This document shows positions 39,660 through 51,863 of a stretch of DNA of 64,000 bases, piece after piece. The stretch comes from an uncultured bacterium. GTDB taxonomy: Bacteria; Gemmatimonadota; Gemmatimonadetes; Gemmatimonadales; GWC2-71-9. The position numbers and the translations under genes are program-made. Below the pieces are notes generated by a model that saw nothing but the letters and a program-made list of their open reading frames with translations, was not told the DNA's origin and searched no databases. The stretch lies in the NCBI GenBank assembly GCA_965651205.1, contig CBFGRM010000001.1:76475-140474 (forward strand), given 5' to 3'. Numbering within the stretch: the first letter of the stretch is position 1; each line of letters opens with the position of its first letter.

Positions 39660-40895
39660 GTGACGCGCCGCGTCGTCATTACCGGCTTCGGCCTGGTGAC
39701 CCCTGTCGGGCTCACTGCGAACGAAAGCTGGGAGAACCTGCTCGCCGGAATGTCCGGCGCGGCGCCCATCACGAAGTTCGACGCAAGCAACCAGCAGGTC
39801 CGCTTTGCGTGCGAGGTGAAGGGCTTCGACCCCTTGCTGTACATCGACCGCAAGGAATCGCGACGCTTCGACCTGTTCGCGCAATACGCCATTGCCGCAT
39901 CGCACCAGGCGATCACCCAGTCCGGCCTGGATACCGCCGCGGTCAATCACGACCGCGCCGGAGTGATCCTTGGCAGCGGCATCGGGGGGATGCAGACCTT
40001 CGAGGACAACTGCCGCGCCTTCATCGAGAGCGGCCCCGATCGGGTGTCCCCGTTCTTCGTACCGATGTTCATCCCGAATATGGCGGCCGGGCTGGTGTCG
40101 ATGCGCTACGGCTTCAAGGGACCCAATTTCGCCCCGGTGTCGGCGTGCGCCTCATCCGCACACGCGATCGGCGAGAGCTATCGGATGATCCGCGAGGGAA
40201 TGGCGGATGCGATGGTGACCGGTGGCTCGGAGGCGGCGGTAACCGGCCTCACGGTGGCGGCTTTCGCGAATATGAAGGCGATGTCGACCCGCAACGACGA
40301 TCCCGCCGCCGCTTCCCGGCCATTCGATGCCGACCGTGACGGCTTCGTGCTTGGCGATGGCGGGGCAGCCGTGGTGCTGGAATCGCTGGAACACGCGGAA
40401 GGTCGCGGGGCGGAGATCCTGGGTGAAGTGGTCGGTTACGGCCTGTCCGGCGACGCCTATCATATGAGTGCCCCGGCGCCCGAGGGCGAGGGCGCCCAGC
40501 GCGCGATGCGGATGTGCCTGGCGGAGGGCAACATCGATCCGGCTCGCGTCGGCTACATCAACGCCCACGGCACTTCCACGCCGCTGGGTGACATCGCCGA
40601 GACGCAGGCCGTCAAGGCGGTGTTCGGCGACCACGCCCGGTCACTGGTGTTCGGTTCCACCAAGTCGATGACCGGCCACTTGCTCGGCGGAGCCGGGGCA
40701 CTCGAGTTCGTGGTGGCGCTCCAGGTTGCCAGGCACGGCCGGATCCCGCCAACCATCAACCAGGTCACGCCCGACCCGCAGTGTGACCTCGACTGCGCAG
40801 CGAACGTCGCCGTCGAGCGGGATGTCGATGTGGCGATGTCGAACGCTTTCGGGTTTGGCGGACACAACGCCACGTTGGCGGTTCGAGCGGTGTGA
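39660..40895 (+). CDS. fabF: 3-oxoacyl-ACP synthase II
   Basis: RRVVITGFGLVTP, ACASSAHAIG, HGTSTPLGD, SMTGHLLGGAG, GFGGHN. GTG 39660 is 1 nt after the acpP stop. Confidence 0.94.
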   Translation: MTRRVVITGFGLVTPVGLTANESWENLLAGMSGAAPITKFDASNQQVRFACEVKGFDPLLYIDRKESRRFDLFAQYAIAASHQAITQSGLDTAAVNHDRAGVILGSGIGGMQTFEDNCRAFIESGPDRVSPFFVPMFIPNMAAGLVSMRYGFKGPNFAPVSACASSAHAIGESYRMIREGMADAMVTGGSEAAVTGLTVAAFANMKAMSTRNDDPAAASRPFDADRDGFVLGDGGAAVVLESLEHAEGRGAEILGEVVGYGLSGDAYHMSAPAPEGEGAQRAMRMCLAEGNIDPARVGYINAHGTSTPLGDIAETQAVKAVFGDHARSLVFGSTKSMTGHLLGGAGALEFVVALQVARHGRIPPTINQVTPDPQCDLDCAANVAVERDVDVAMSNAFGFGGHNATLAVRAV

Positions 40896-43270
40896 GCGGA
40901 TCGCCCGGAGACGGTCAGACCCCTCGTCGCCCGGAGCTCCGAGGGGTTGCTGGTATCCGGCCCTATTATCCGACGCTTCTCGTCGGGGTGCTGGCGTTGC
41001 TGATCGCGATCGCCGGCGCACGCTGGACCACCAACTTCCGTGACGAGCTCCGCCGGGAACGAGTGAACCGTGAAGTCACTTCGCTCTCGACCGCACTTGA
41101 GTCGGTCATCGCGCACCGGATGGCCGTACTGCACGCACTAGCCTCGTTCCTGTCATCGGAGTGGGAGTCACAGGATCGCGACGACTCCTTCGACAAGTTC
41201 GTGATCGGCCTGATGACCGGAACCCCCGGACTCCGGACAATGCAGTACATCAAGGACGGAGTGATCACCCGCACCTGGCCAGTGAGCGGCAATGAGGGCG
41301 CACTGGGGCGCAACCTCGCCGGGGATCCCCGGCCGATGATCGCCGAGGACTTCCAGCGCACCATCGAAGCCAGCACGATCATCATTTCGGGTCCGCTTGA
41401 ACTGTATCAGGGTGGTGTCGGCCTGGTGGGACGCCTGGCGGTGCGCGACGCGAATGACAGCGTCGTGGCCGTTGCCGGTGTGGTCGTCGATTTCGCGACA
41501 TTGCTCAGTGAGTCAGGACTGGTACGCAGTGCGAGTGGGCTCGCGTTGCGGCTGGTCGACTCGTCCGGCAGCGTGTTGTGGAGTTCTGATCGGGCCCCGA
41601 ACCGGCTGATCGAGCCTGTCGGCGGTCCGGTGCACCTGCCGGATCGGACCTGGCGCGTCGAGGCGACACCGATCGAGGGCTGGGCGTTCGGTTCGGCGGA
41701 AGCACGTCGAGCGTACTGGGTCATCGCATCGATCGGTATCCTGCTGGTGAGCCTGCTGGCCTGGCTGCTCCAGTCGTGGCAGCGGGCGCGGCTCCGTTCC
41801 GCTCATCTCGACGAGCTCAGGCGTGCGGAGGACACTTTCAGCCAGCTCTTCCAGCTCGTGCCCGACGGAGTGGTGGTATCCCGCATATCGGATGGAGTCA
41901 TCCTGGAGGCGAACAACGCCTACTGCAGGATGGTGCAGCATTCACGCGAGGCGCTGATCGGCCGGCCGATACCGGAGGTCGAGGTGTGGGTGAATCCCGA
42001 GGAGCGGGCAGCCGCGCTGCAGGCACTGCGCGACCACAGCGCATTGACCGAGTTCCCGCACCTGCTGCGCCGTTCGGACGGGACCGAACGCGAGGCGATC
42101 CTGTCGGCACGTGTCGTGTTGCTTCACGACGAACCCTGCCATCTCGCAGTGGTGCGCGACGTCCACGACCGGGTGCGACTGGAGCGGCGACTGGCGCAGG
42201 GTCAGCGGCTGGAGGCCGTCGGCCGTCTGGCAGGTGGCATCGCGCACGACTTCAACAACCTCATCACCGGCATCCGTGGCTACGCCGAACTGCTCCTCGA
42301 CACCCTGCCCGGGGATGACACCCGACGCACCGACCTGGCCGAGATCATCCGGGCGAGTTCACGGGCAGCAGAACTCACCCGGCAACTGCTCACCTTTGCC
42401 AGGCGACAGGTTGTCACGCCGCGCCTGCTTGACCTCAATCAGGTGTTGCGCGATACCGAGCCGCTGCTGCGGCGGCTCGCCGGCGACGGGGTCACGCTGA
42501 CCACGCGCCAGGCCACCAGACCGGTACCGGTGGTGGTCGACCCGGCCCAGTTCGAGCAGGTGCTCACCAATCTGACTGTCAACGCCAGGGATGCGATGCC
42601 CGAAGGCGGCAACCTCGAACTGAGCACCTCGCTGGAAGGCGAGTCGGCAGTGCTTGCGGTGTCCGATGAGGGAGTCGGCATTCCTGCAGAGGCATTGCCG
42701 CACATCTTCGAGCCGTTCTACACGACCAAGGCAGAAGGACGCGGCACCGGCCTGGGACTGGCCACCGTCTACGGGATCGTGGAACAGGCGGACGGCAGGA
42801 TCGAGGTGCAGAGCCAGCCGGGATCGGGGACCGTCTTCCGGGTGCTGCTGCCCCGGGCCGAGGCGGAGAATCTGCCACCGCGGGAGGACGGCGCCCCGCG
42901 ACCGCTGCCGAGGGGTTGCGAGGTGATCCTGGTGGTGGACGACGAGCCCCAGATTCGGGATCTGTGTGTCCGGTTGTTGCGCCGGCTGGGTTACCGCGCC
43001 ACCGCGGCGCGTGACGGTCACACTGCCCTCGCGGAACTGGCCGAGTCTCCCGACGTCTCGCTGGTGATAACCGACCTTGTGATGCCGGGAATGGGTGGCA
43101 CCGAGCTGGTGGAGATCCTCCGGAATCGACAGCCGAATCTCAAGCTGATGTTGATGTCGGGATATTCCGCCGAGCTGGTGGCCAGCGGTCACGAGGGGAT
43201 GCCGTTCCTCTCGAAGCCGTTCACGGTGAGCGAATTGGCGGTTGCGGTGCGGGAAACGCTCGATCGCTGA
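40892..43270 (+). CDS. Hybrid sensor histidine kinase / response regulator with a periplasmic CHASE-like sensor, PAS, HisKA, HATPase and REC domains
   Basis: TM1 TLLVGVLALLIAIAG, a periplasmic ~230 aa region (TWPVSGNEGALGRNLAGDPRP...SGPLELYQGGVGLVGRLAV), then TM2. PAS (FQLVPDGVVVSR..); H-box AHDFNNLITGIRGYAELL; N/G boxes (NLTVNARDAMPEGG, DEGVGI, GTGLGLATV); REC (ILVVDDEP...TDLVMPGMGG...SKPF). The GTG start overlaps the fabF stop. Confidence 0.85.
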   Translation: MSGSPGDGQTPRRPELRGVAGIRPYYPTLLVGVLALLIAIAGARWTTNFRDELRRERVNREVTSLSTALESVIAHRMAVLHALASFLSSEWESQDRDDSFDKFVIGLMTGTPGLRTMQYIKDGVITRTWPVSGNEGALGRNLAGDPRPMIAEDFQRTIEASTIIISGPLELYQGGVGLVGRLAVRDANDSVVAVAGVVVDFATLLSESGLVRSASGLALRLVDSSGSVLWSSDRAPNRLIEPVGGPVHLPDRTWRVEATPIEGWAFGSAEARRAYWVIASIGILLVSLLAWLLQSWQRARLRSAHLDELRRAEDTFSQLFQLVPDGVVVSRISDGVILEANNAYCRMVQHSREALIGRPIPEVEVWVNPEERAAALQALRDHSALTEFPHLLRRSDGTEREAILSARVVLLHDEPCHLAVVRDVHDRVRLERRLAQGQRLEAVGRLAGGIAHDFNNLITGIRGYAELLLDTLPGDDTRRTDLAEIIRASSRAAELTRQLLTFARRQVVTPRLLDLNQVLRDTEPLLRRLAGDGVTLTTRQATRPVPVVVDPAQFEQVLTNLTVNARDAMPEGGNLELSTSLEGESAVLAVSDEGVGIPAEALPHIFEPFYTTKAEGRGTGLGLATVYGIVEQADGRIEVQSQPGSGTVFRVLLPRAEAENLPPREDGAPRPLPRGCEVILVVDDEPQIRDLCVRLLRRLGYRATAARDGHTALAELAESPDVSLVITDLVMPGMGGTELVEILRNRQPNLKLMLMSGYSAELVASGHEGMPFLSKPFTVSELAVAVRETLDR

Positions 43271-43339
43271 ACCGCCCGAGCGGCCGTCGAGCCGACGCCC
43301 GCAGTACCCCCGTGCCAGCGCCGTGGATATCTTGCTGTT

Positions 43340-43492
43340 ATGACCGTCCAGGCCGACATCGCCCACATCGAACGAGTGCCCGGGCTCGGCATAGCCGGGA
43401 CACCGCAGCAGCTCACGCACGTCGGCCTGGCGCCGCGTCGACGCCGGCCGGATCACTCGCTGATCGACGAACCGCTCGCGGCGGTTGCGTGA
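43340..43492 (+). CDS. Hypothetical 50-aa small protein (sORF), stop overlapping the ispF start
   Basis: ATG 43340 to TGA 43490-43492, below the 60-aa cut-off of the ORF track. Third codon positions are about 84% G/C by hand count, like the real genes here, whereas the ispF-frame extension over the same DNA is not. No recognisable homology or Shine-Dalgarno sequence. Confidence 0.25.
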   Translation: MTVQADIAHIERVPGLGIAGTPQQLTHVGLAPRRRRPDHSLIDEPLAAVA

Positions 43493-43968
43493 TCCGCAGC
43501 GGAATCGGCTACGATTCGCATCGTTTCGGTGCGGAGCGGCCACTGCTGCTCGGTGGTATCGTCATTCCCGATGCTCCCGGACTGATCGGCCATTCGGACG
43601 CCGATGCCATCGCTCACGCGCTGATCGATGCGCTGCTGGGCGCCGCGGCACTGGGTGACATCGGCCAGCATTTTCCCGACAATGACCCGGCTTGGCGCGA
43701 CGCCGACTCGATCGACTTGCTGCGGCAGTCAGTGACGCTGTTGGGCCAATCCGGCTGGCGGCCCCAGCAGTGCGATGTCACGGTGATCCTGGAACGCCCC
43801 CGACTGGGCCCTCACATAGCCGCGATCAGGCAGCGACTGGCGGAGACTCTCGGAATTGCCATCGCCGCAGTGAGCGTGAAGGCCAAGACCAACGAGGGAA
43901 TGGGATTCACAGGACGGGGTGAGGGCATCGCCGTCTTCGCAGTCGCGACCATAACGCCAAACGGCTGA
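43489..43968 (+). CDS. ispF: 2-C-methyl-D-erythritol 2,4-cyclodiphosphate synthase
   Basis: IRSGIGYDSHRF, GHSDADAIAHALIDALLGA, GDIGQHFP, KAKTNEGMGFTGRGEGIA. GTG 43489 matches the canonical N-terminus. Confidence 0.92.
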   Translation: MIRSGIGYDSHRFGAERPLLLGGIVIPDAPGLIGHSDADAIAHALIDALLGAAALGDIGQHFPDNDPAWRDADSIDLLRQSVTLLGQSGWRPQQCDVTVILERPRLGPHIAAIRQRLAETLGIAIAAVSVKAKTNEGMGFTGRGEGIAVFAVATITPNG

Positions 43969-43974
43969 CACCCG

Positions 43975-44628
43975 ATGCTAGACGGGTTGTTGTCCTGGCT
44001 GGCGGCCCTACCTCCGGTCGCGACCTACGGTGTGCTGGGATTGCTGGCCAGCGTGGAGAACTTCTTCCCGCCGTTCCCGGCCGACACCGCCATCGCACTG
44101 GGCGCCTTCCTGGCGCACCGCGGCGTCACCAACCCGTGGGCCGTCTTCGCCGTGACGGTCGTCGGCAGCGTCGGCGGTGCGATGGTGATGTACGCACTGG
44201 CAGAGCGGCACGCCACCTCGTTGTTGCGCTCCAGGGTGGGGCAGGTGGTGCTCTCCGAGGATGCGATCGAGCGACTCCGTGCCGGCTACCTGCGTTATGG
44301 CATCGCGGTGATCTTCTTCGGGCGCATCCTGCCGGGTTTCCGGGCCGTCGTGGGGCCGTTCGCCGGCCTGATGCATCTCGGATTCTTCCGCACGATCATT
44401 CCGATGACGCTGGGTTCGGCCCTGTGGTATGGTACCCTGGTGTTCTTGGCCGTGCAGCTCGGCAATCGCCTGGGCGACATCCTGACGCTGCTGTCCAATG
44501 TCAATCGGACTCTGGGTATCGTATCGTTGGTGGTAGTCGTCGTCGTTGCGACACTGGTGTTCCGGCGGATCCGGCGTCGGCGGGCTCTGCAGGGAGCGGC
44601 CCGGGAAGAGGAGGAGCAAGGCCGGTGA
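43975..44628 (+). CDS. DedA-family inner membrane protein
   Basis: YGVLGLLASVENFFPPFPADTAIALGAFLA (DedA signature) and RILPGFRAVVGPFAG. Confidence 0.8.
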   Translation: MLDGLLSWLAALPPVATYGVLGLLASVENFFPPFPADTAIALGAFLAHRGVTNPWAVFAVTVVGSVGGAMVMYALAERHATSLLRSRVGQVVLSEDAIERLRAGYLRYGIAVIFFGRILPGFRAVVGPFAGLMHLGFFRTIIPMTLGSALWYGTLVFLAVQLGNRLGDILTLLSNVNRTLGIVSLVVVVVVATLVFRRIRRRRALQGAAREEEEQGR

Positions 44629-45545
44629 GTGATGCGCCGATCGACCCGCAACTGGTGGCGGCATTCCACCTCGACACCTTCCGCGACCACCTCTCGCTGG
44701 AGGCAGGCAACTCGCCGCACACGATCGCCGCATACCGTCGCGACCTGGTGCGACTGATCGATTTCGCAGCCAGCCGCGGAGTCCGCGATCCGCGAGAGAT
44801 CACCACACCGCTGCTGCGGGACTTCGTTTTCCTGCTCAAGGACCTGGGCCTGGCAGGATCGACCATCCGTCGCAACATCTCGGCGATCCGGACCTGGTTC
44901 AGTTTCCTCGCATCCGAGGGACTTGCCACTGTCGATCCCAGTGATCGCCTGGAGACACCAGCGCGTTGGCGAACCCTGCCGGAGACACTCAGCGTGCAGG
45001 AGGTGGTACGGATTCTCGAGTCCCCCGGCATCGATGATCCCCTCGCCTGGCGCGACCGCGCCCTGCTCGAACTCGCCTACGGTGCCGGGATGCGGGTCTC
45101 GGAGCTTTGCGATCTGGGCATTGCCGACCTGTTCCTGAGCGAGGGCCTGGTTCGCGCCTGGGGCAAGGGCCGCAAGGAACGCCTGATTCCGATCGGCCGC
45201 CCGGTCCTGGGCGCCCTATCCACCTACCTGCAACGGCTGCGGCCACGGCTCGACCAGGGGGGCGCGGAAGGCAAGGTGTTCCTCAACGCCCGAGGCAAGC
45301 CGCTCAGCCGGGTGGGCGCCTGGGGGATCGTCAAGAAGCACGCGAGGCGGGCAGGCATCGAACAGACCGTGTCGCCGCACACACTCCGTCACTCCTTCGC
45401 GACTCATCTGCTTGAGGGCGGCGCCGACCTGAGAGCCGTGCAGGAGATGCTGGGGCACGCCGACCTCTCGACCACGCAGATATACACCCACGTCGACCGC
45501 GACCACCTCAGGAAGGTGCACCGGAACTTCCACCCTCGAGGGTGA
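44625..45545 (+). CDS. xerD: Tyrosine recombinase XerD (chromosome dimer resolution)
   Basis: HTIAAYRRDL, AYGAGMRVSEL, GKGRKERLIP, HTLRHSFATHLLEGGADLRAVQEMLGHADLSTTQIYTHV. No flanking mobile-element genes. Confidence 0.85.
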   Translation: MSDAPIDPQLVAAFHLDTFRDHLSLEAGNSPHTIAAYRRDLVRLIDFAASRGVRDPREITTPLLRDFVFLLKDLGLAGSTIRRNISAIRTWFSFLASEGLATVDPSDRLETPARWRTLPETLSVQEVVRILESPGIDDPLAWRDRALLELAYGAGMRVSELCDLGIADLFLSEGLVRAWGKGRKERLIPIGRPVLGALSTYLQRLRPRLDQGGAEGKVFLNARGKPLSRVGAWGIVKKHARRAGIEQTVSPHTLRHSFATHLLEGGADLRAVQEMLGHADLSTTQIYTHVDRDHLRKVHRNFHPRG

Positions 45546-45575
45546 TGTCGGGAAGCGATCAGCGTTCTCGCATCT

Positions 45576-45591
45576 GGTGACAACTCTCACC
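45576..45591. promoter_or_regulatory. 16-bp dyad GGTGA-N6-TCACC upstream of the hydrolase gene
   Basis: GGTGA (45576-45580) and TCACC (45587-45591), 8 nt before ATG 45600. It has the same GTGA-N6-TCAC architecture as the nuoA dyad. Confidence 0.25.
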
Positions 45592-45599
45592 GGGGTGGA

Positions 45600-46454
45600 A
45601 TGATGCTCGGGCTTCTTGCCATTGCGGCCCTCGTTGGTGGCGGACCGACCCCTGGGTCCCCCGACTGGATCACCTTGTCCAATGGCGTCACCTTGCGCTA
45701 CGAGGAGCGGGGCGACCCGGCCGCCGATCCGCTGATCCTGCTGCACGGATACACCGATTCGCGGCAATCGTTCGAACTGCTCAGTGCCCACCTTCCGTGG
45801 CGCATCCGCACCATCGCGATCGACCTGAGGGGACACGGCAGCAGCGATCGCCGGGGCGGGTACGCCATCAGCGACCTGGCCGACGACGTGGTCCGCTTCC
45901 TGGCGGCGCGCAAGCTAGATCACGTCACCTTGGTCGGTCATTCGATGGGATCACTGGTTGCGCGCGAAGTCGTGCGGAAGGCACGCCAGAGGGTGGCCAG
46001 TCTGGTCCTGATCGGATCGGCCCCGACCTTTGACAACGAGGTGGTCCGCAGCCTCGAAGCCGAGGTGGCAGAGGTGGGAGACAGACTCGATGCCGGGTTC
46101 GCCGAAGCCTTCCAGCGCAGCACGGTGTACGCCGAGGTGCCGGCCCGGTTCTTCGACCGGGCCGTCGCAACATCAGCGGGAATGCCCCCGCGGCTCTGGC
46201 AGCAAGTGCTGAAGGGGATCCTGGATTTCGATGACCGCGCATCGCTGGGTTCGATTAGGGTGCCGACCCTGCTGATGTGGGGGGAGCACGATGCAATCGT
46301 GAGCCGCGCCGATCAGGAGGTGCTGCTTTCGGGCATAGCCGGGTCCTACCTGATCACCTACCGCGACCTGGGGCACGCACCTCACTGGGAAAATCCCGCG
46401 GCGGTCGCCACCGACTTGCTGGCGTTCCTCGCCAGCGACCCCGATCGACGCTGA
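45600..46454 (+). CDS. Alpha/beta-fold hydrolase
   Basis: LLHGYTDS, DLRGHGSSD, nucleophile elbow GHSMGS, C-terminal GHAPHWENP. Confidence 0.85.
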   Translation: MMLGLLAIAALVGGGPTPGSPDWITLSNGVTLRYEERGDPAADPLILLHGYTDSRQSFELLSAHLPWRIRTIAIDLRGHGSSDRRGGYAISDLADDVVRFLAARKLDHVTLVGHSMGSLVAREVVRKARQRVASLVLIGSAPTFDNEVVRSLEAEVAEVGDRLDAGFAEAFQRSTVYAEVPARFFDRAVATSAGMPPRLWQQVLKGILDFDDRASLGSIRVPTLLMWGEHDAIVSRADQEVLLSGIAGSYLITYRDLGHAPHWENPAAVATDLLAFLASDPDRR

Positions 46455-46473
46455 CCGTCGATAGATTGGAGCG

Positions 46474-47067
46474 ATGCTGCTCCTGCTCGACAACTACGAC
46501 TCGTTTACCTGGAACCTCGCCCAGTACCTGGGAGAGCTGGGTGCCGATCCCGAGGTGATCCGCAATGATGCGATTTCGGTCGAGGCGGCCCTGGCACTTG
46601 CACCGGGGGCCATCGTCATCTCGCCGGGTCCGGCCACCCCGGCCTTGGCGGGGATATCGGTTGAGTTGATCAGGGCCGCGGCGAACGCCCGGGTACCCCT
46701 CCTGGGGGTCTGCCTGGGTCATCAGGCCATCGGGGAGGCCTTCGGGGCCCGGGTGGTCCGGGCCGATCGGCTGATGCACGGCAAGGTCAGCCAGATCAGC
46801 CACTGCGCCCCCGACCTGTTCGGGGGCCTCCCTGATCAGTTCCCGGTTATGCGCTATCACTCCCTGGTGGTGTCACCGGCGGGGTTTCCGGCCGAACTCG
46901 AGGTCATTGCCTGGACCACCGACCGCGAGGAGGGTGAGGAAATAATGGCCCTGAGGCACCGGAGCGCCCCGGTCTGGGGAGTCCAGTTTCACCCCGAGTC
47001 GGTCGGCACACCGGTCGGGAAGCAGCTCCTGGGCAACTTCCTGCGGTTGGCCGCAGCGACGCCGTAA
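46474..47067 (+). CDS. Anthranilate / aminodeoxychorismate synthase glutamine amidotransferase component II
   Basis: MLLLLDNYDSFTWNL, GVCLGHQAIGEAFG, RYHSL, GVQFHPES. Confidence 0.9.
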   Translation: MLLLLDNYDSFTWNLAQYLGELGADPEVIRNDAISVEAALALAPGAIVISPGPATPALAGISVELIRAAANARVPLLGVCLGHQAIGEAFGARVVRADRLMHGKVSQISHCAPDLFGGLPDQFPVMRYHSLVVSPAGFPAELEVIAWTTDREEGEEIMALRHRSAPVWGVQFHPESVGTPVGKQLLGNFLRLAAATP

Positions 47068-47118
47068 TCGGTTAGTTGTCAAGCAGTTACCGAGCACCGA
47101 GCCGACGCGGCACGCATT

Positions 47119-47147
47119 TTGACACCGGGGCCTCAACCGGATAGCTT
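47119..47147 (+). promoter_or_regulatory. Candidate promoter TTGACA, 17 nt spacer, TAGCTT, ending 5 nt before the kdsB start codon
   Basis: TTGACA at 47119-47124 and TAGCTT at 47142-47147. The kdsB GTG is at 47153. Confidence 0.4.
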
Positions 47148-47152
47148 GTATC

Positions 47153-50367
<3,215 letters not shown>

Positions 50368-50375
<8 letters not shown>

Positions 50376-50919
50376 TCGTGATGTGGCGAACCGGATCCGG
50401 ATCCTCGGACTTGATGTCGACGGCGTGCTCACCGACAACGCCGTGTTCATCGGCGAGATCGATGGCCGCCGGGTCGAGTTCAAGCGTTTCGACATCCAGG
50501 ACGGTCTCGGCCACCGTCTGCTGGAACTGGCGGGAATCGAAGTGATCTGGGTGAGCGGCAGGGATTCGCGGGCCACTTCGCTGCGTGGCGCCGAGCTGGG
50601 CGTGAGCGATGTGCTGCAGGTGCCGCCAGACCGGAAGGTGCCGACCATCCAGGCGCTGCTCGATGCGCGGGGACTCGACTGGGATGCGCTCGCCTTCGTT
50701 GGTGATGACCTGGCCGATTATCAGGTGCTTCAACGTGCCGGGCTTGCCATCGCCGTGGCGAACGCACGACCTGAGATCAAGGCGCTGGCCCATCACGTCA
50801 CCGAACAATCAGGTGGTCACGGTGCGGTCCGCGAGGTAATCGACCTGTTGCTGGCCTCCCGTGGCCAGCTCGATGCGGCCATTGACGGCTACCTGTCGGG
50901 CGGCGGGCGGTCGTCGTGA
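50368..50919 (+). CDS. kdsC: Kdo-8-phosphate phosphatase (HAD family)
   Basis: LGLDVDGVLTD, FVGDDLAD, GGHGAVRE. GTG 50368 overlaps kdsA by 8 nt. Confidence 0.85.
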
Positions 50920-51863
50920 GCGCGATCGCCAGCGGCCGCCGCACCCTCACCCTGGAGGCAGAGGCGATCCGGGCAGTTTCCTCCCGGATCGACGCTTCGT
51001 TCGAACGGGCCGTCGAACTGCTCGGACAGGCGTCCAGGGTTGTGGTGAGCGGAGTCGGCAAGAGCGGCGCGATCGCCCACAAGATCGCCGCCACCCTGAC
51101 TTCGACCGGCACGCCCGCCACCGCGTTGCACCCGGTGGATTCACTCCACGGCGACCTCGGCCTGGTCGACCGCAGCACCGTGGCGATCCTGCTCAGCAAG
51201 AGTGGCGAGACAGACGAACTGCTCGGCCTGGTCGCTGCACTGGCCCGGCTGGAGATTCCGATCATCGCGATCACCGGTGTGCCAACCAGCACGCTGGGCC
51301 GCGCAGCGACCGTTGTACTGGATGGCGCAGTGGACGAGGAAGCTTGCCCGCACGGGCTGGCGCCCACCACCAGCACCACCGTCGCCCTGGCGCTGGGTGA
51401 CGCGCTGGCAGTGGCGCTGCTCGAACACAAGGGATTTCGCCGCGAGGATTTCGCCGCCCTCCATCCCGGCGGCTCGCTGGGACGACGGCTGTTGCTGCGC
51501 GTTTCCGACGTGATGGTGATGCCGGGGCAACTGCTCGGTCCCGACGCGTCGATGAATGACGTGATCGTGGCCCTCGCCCACGGGCGCGGCATTGCACCGA
51601 TCACCGACGCGGGTCGGCTGGTAGGGGTGATCACGGCCGGTGACCTGACGCGTCTGGTTCAGCGCACACCTGACTTCACCGCTGCCACCGCTGCCGAGGT
51701 GATGAGCACCAATCCTCGCTCGATCGGCGCGGACGAACTCGCCGCTGCTGCCGTCGGGATGATGGAGCGTTTCAGTATCATTTCCGCGCCGGTGGTCGAT
51801 GACAACCTGGGCGTGACCGGGGTAGTCCACCTGCACGACTTGATGAGGGCGGGGGCGGTATGA
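50916..51863 (+). CDS. kdsD: Arabinose-5-phosphate isomerase (SIS + tandem CBS; KdsD/KpsF)
   Basis: VVVSGVGKSGAIAHKIAATLTSTGTPA, SKSGETDEL, HPGGSLGRRLL, and C-terminal CBS pair. Confidence 0.9.
   Translation: MSAIASGRRTLTLEAEAIRAVSSRIDASFERAVELLGQASRVVVSGVGKSGAIAHKIAATLTSTGTPATALHPVDSLHGDLGLVDRSTVAILLSKSGETDELLGLVAALARLEIPIIAITGVPTSTLGRAATVVLDGAVDEEACPHGLAPTTSTTVALALGDALAVALLEHKGFRREDFAALHPGGSLGRRLLLRVSDVMVMPGQLLGPDASMNDVIVALAHGRGIAPITDAGRLVGVITAGDLTRLVQRTPDFTAATAAEVMSTNPRSIGADELAAAAVGMMERFSIISAPVVDDNLGVTGVVHLHDLMRAGAV

Noticed and set aside
44625-45545. Tyrosine recombinase as a possible marker of an integrated mobile element
   Set aside because: The sequence is XerD-like throughout, including the N-terminal AYRRDL motif. 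It is flanked by housekeeping genes (dedA, hydrolase). I saw no att-like repeats, tRNA or cargo genes.
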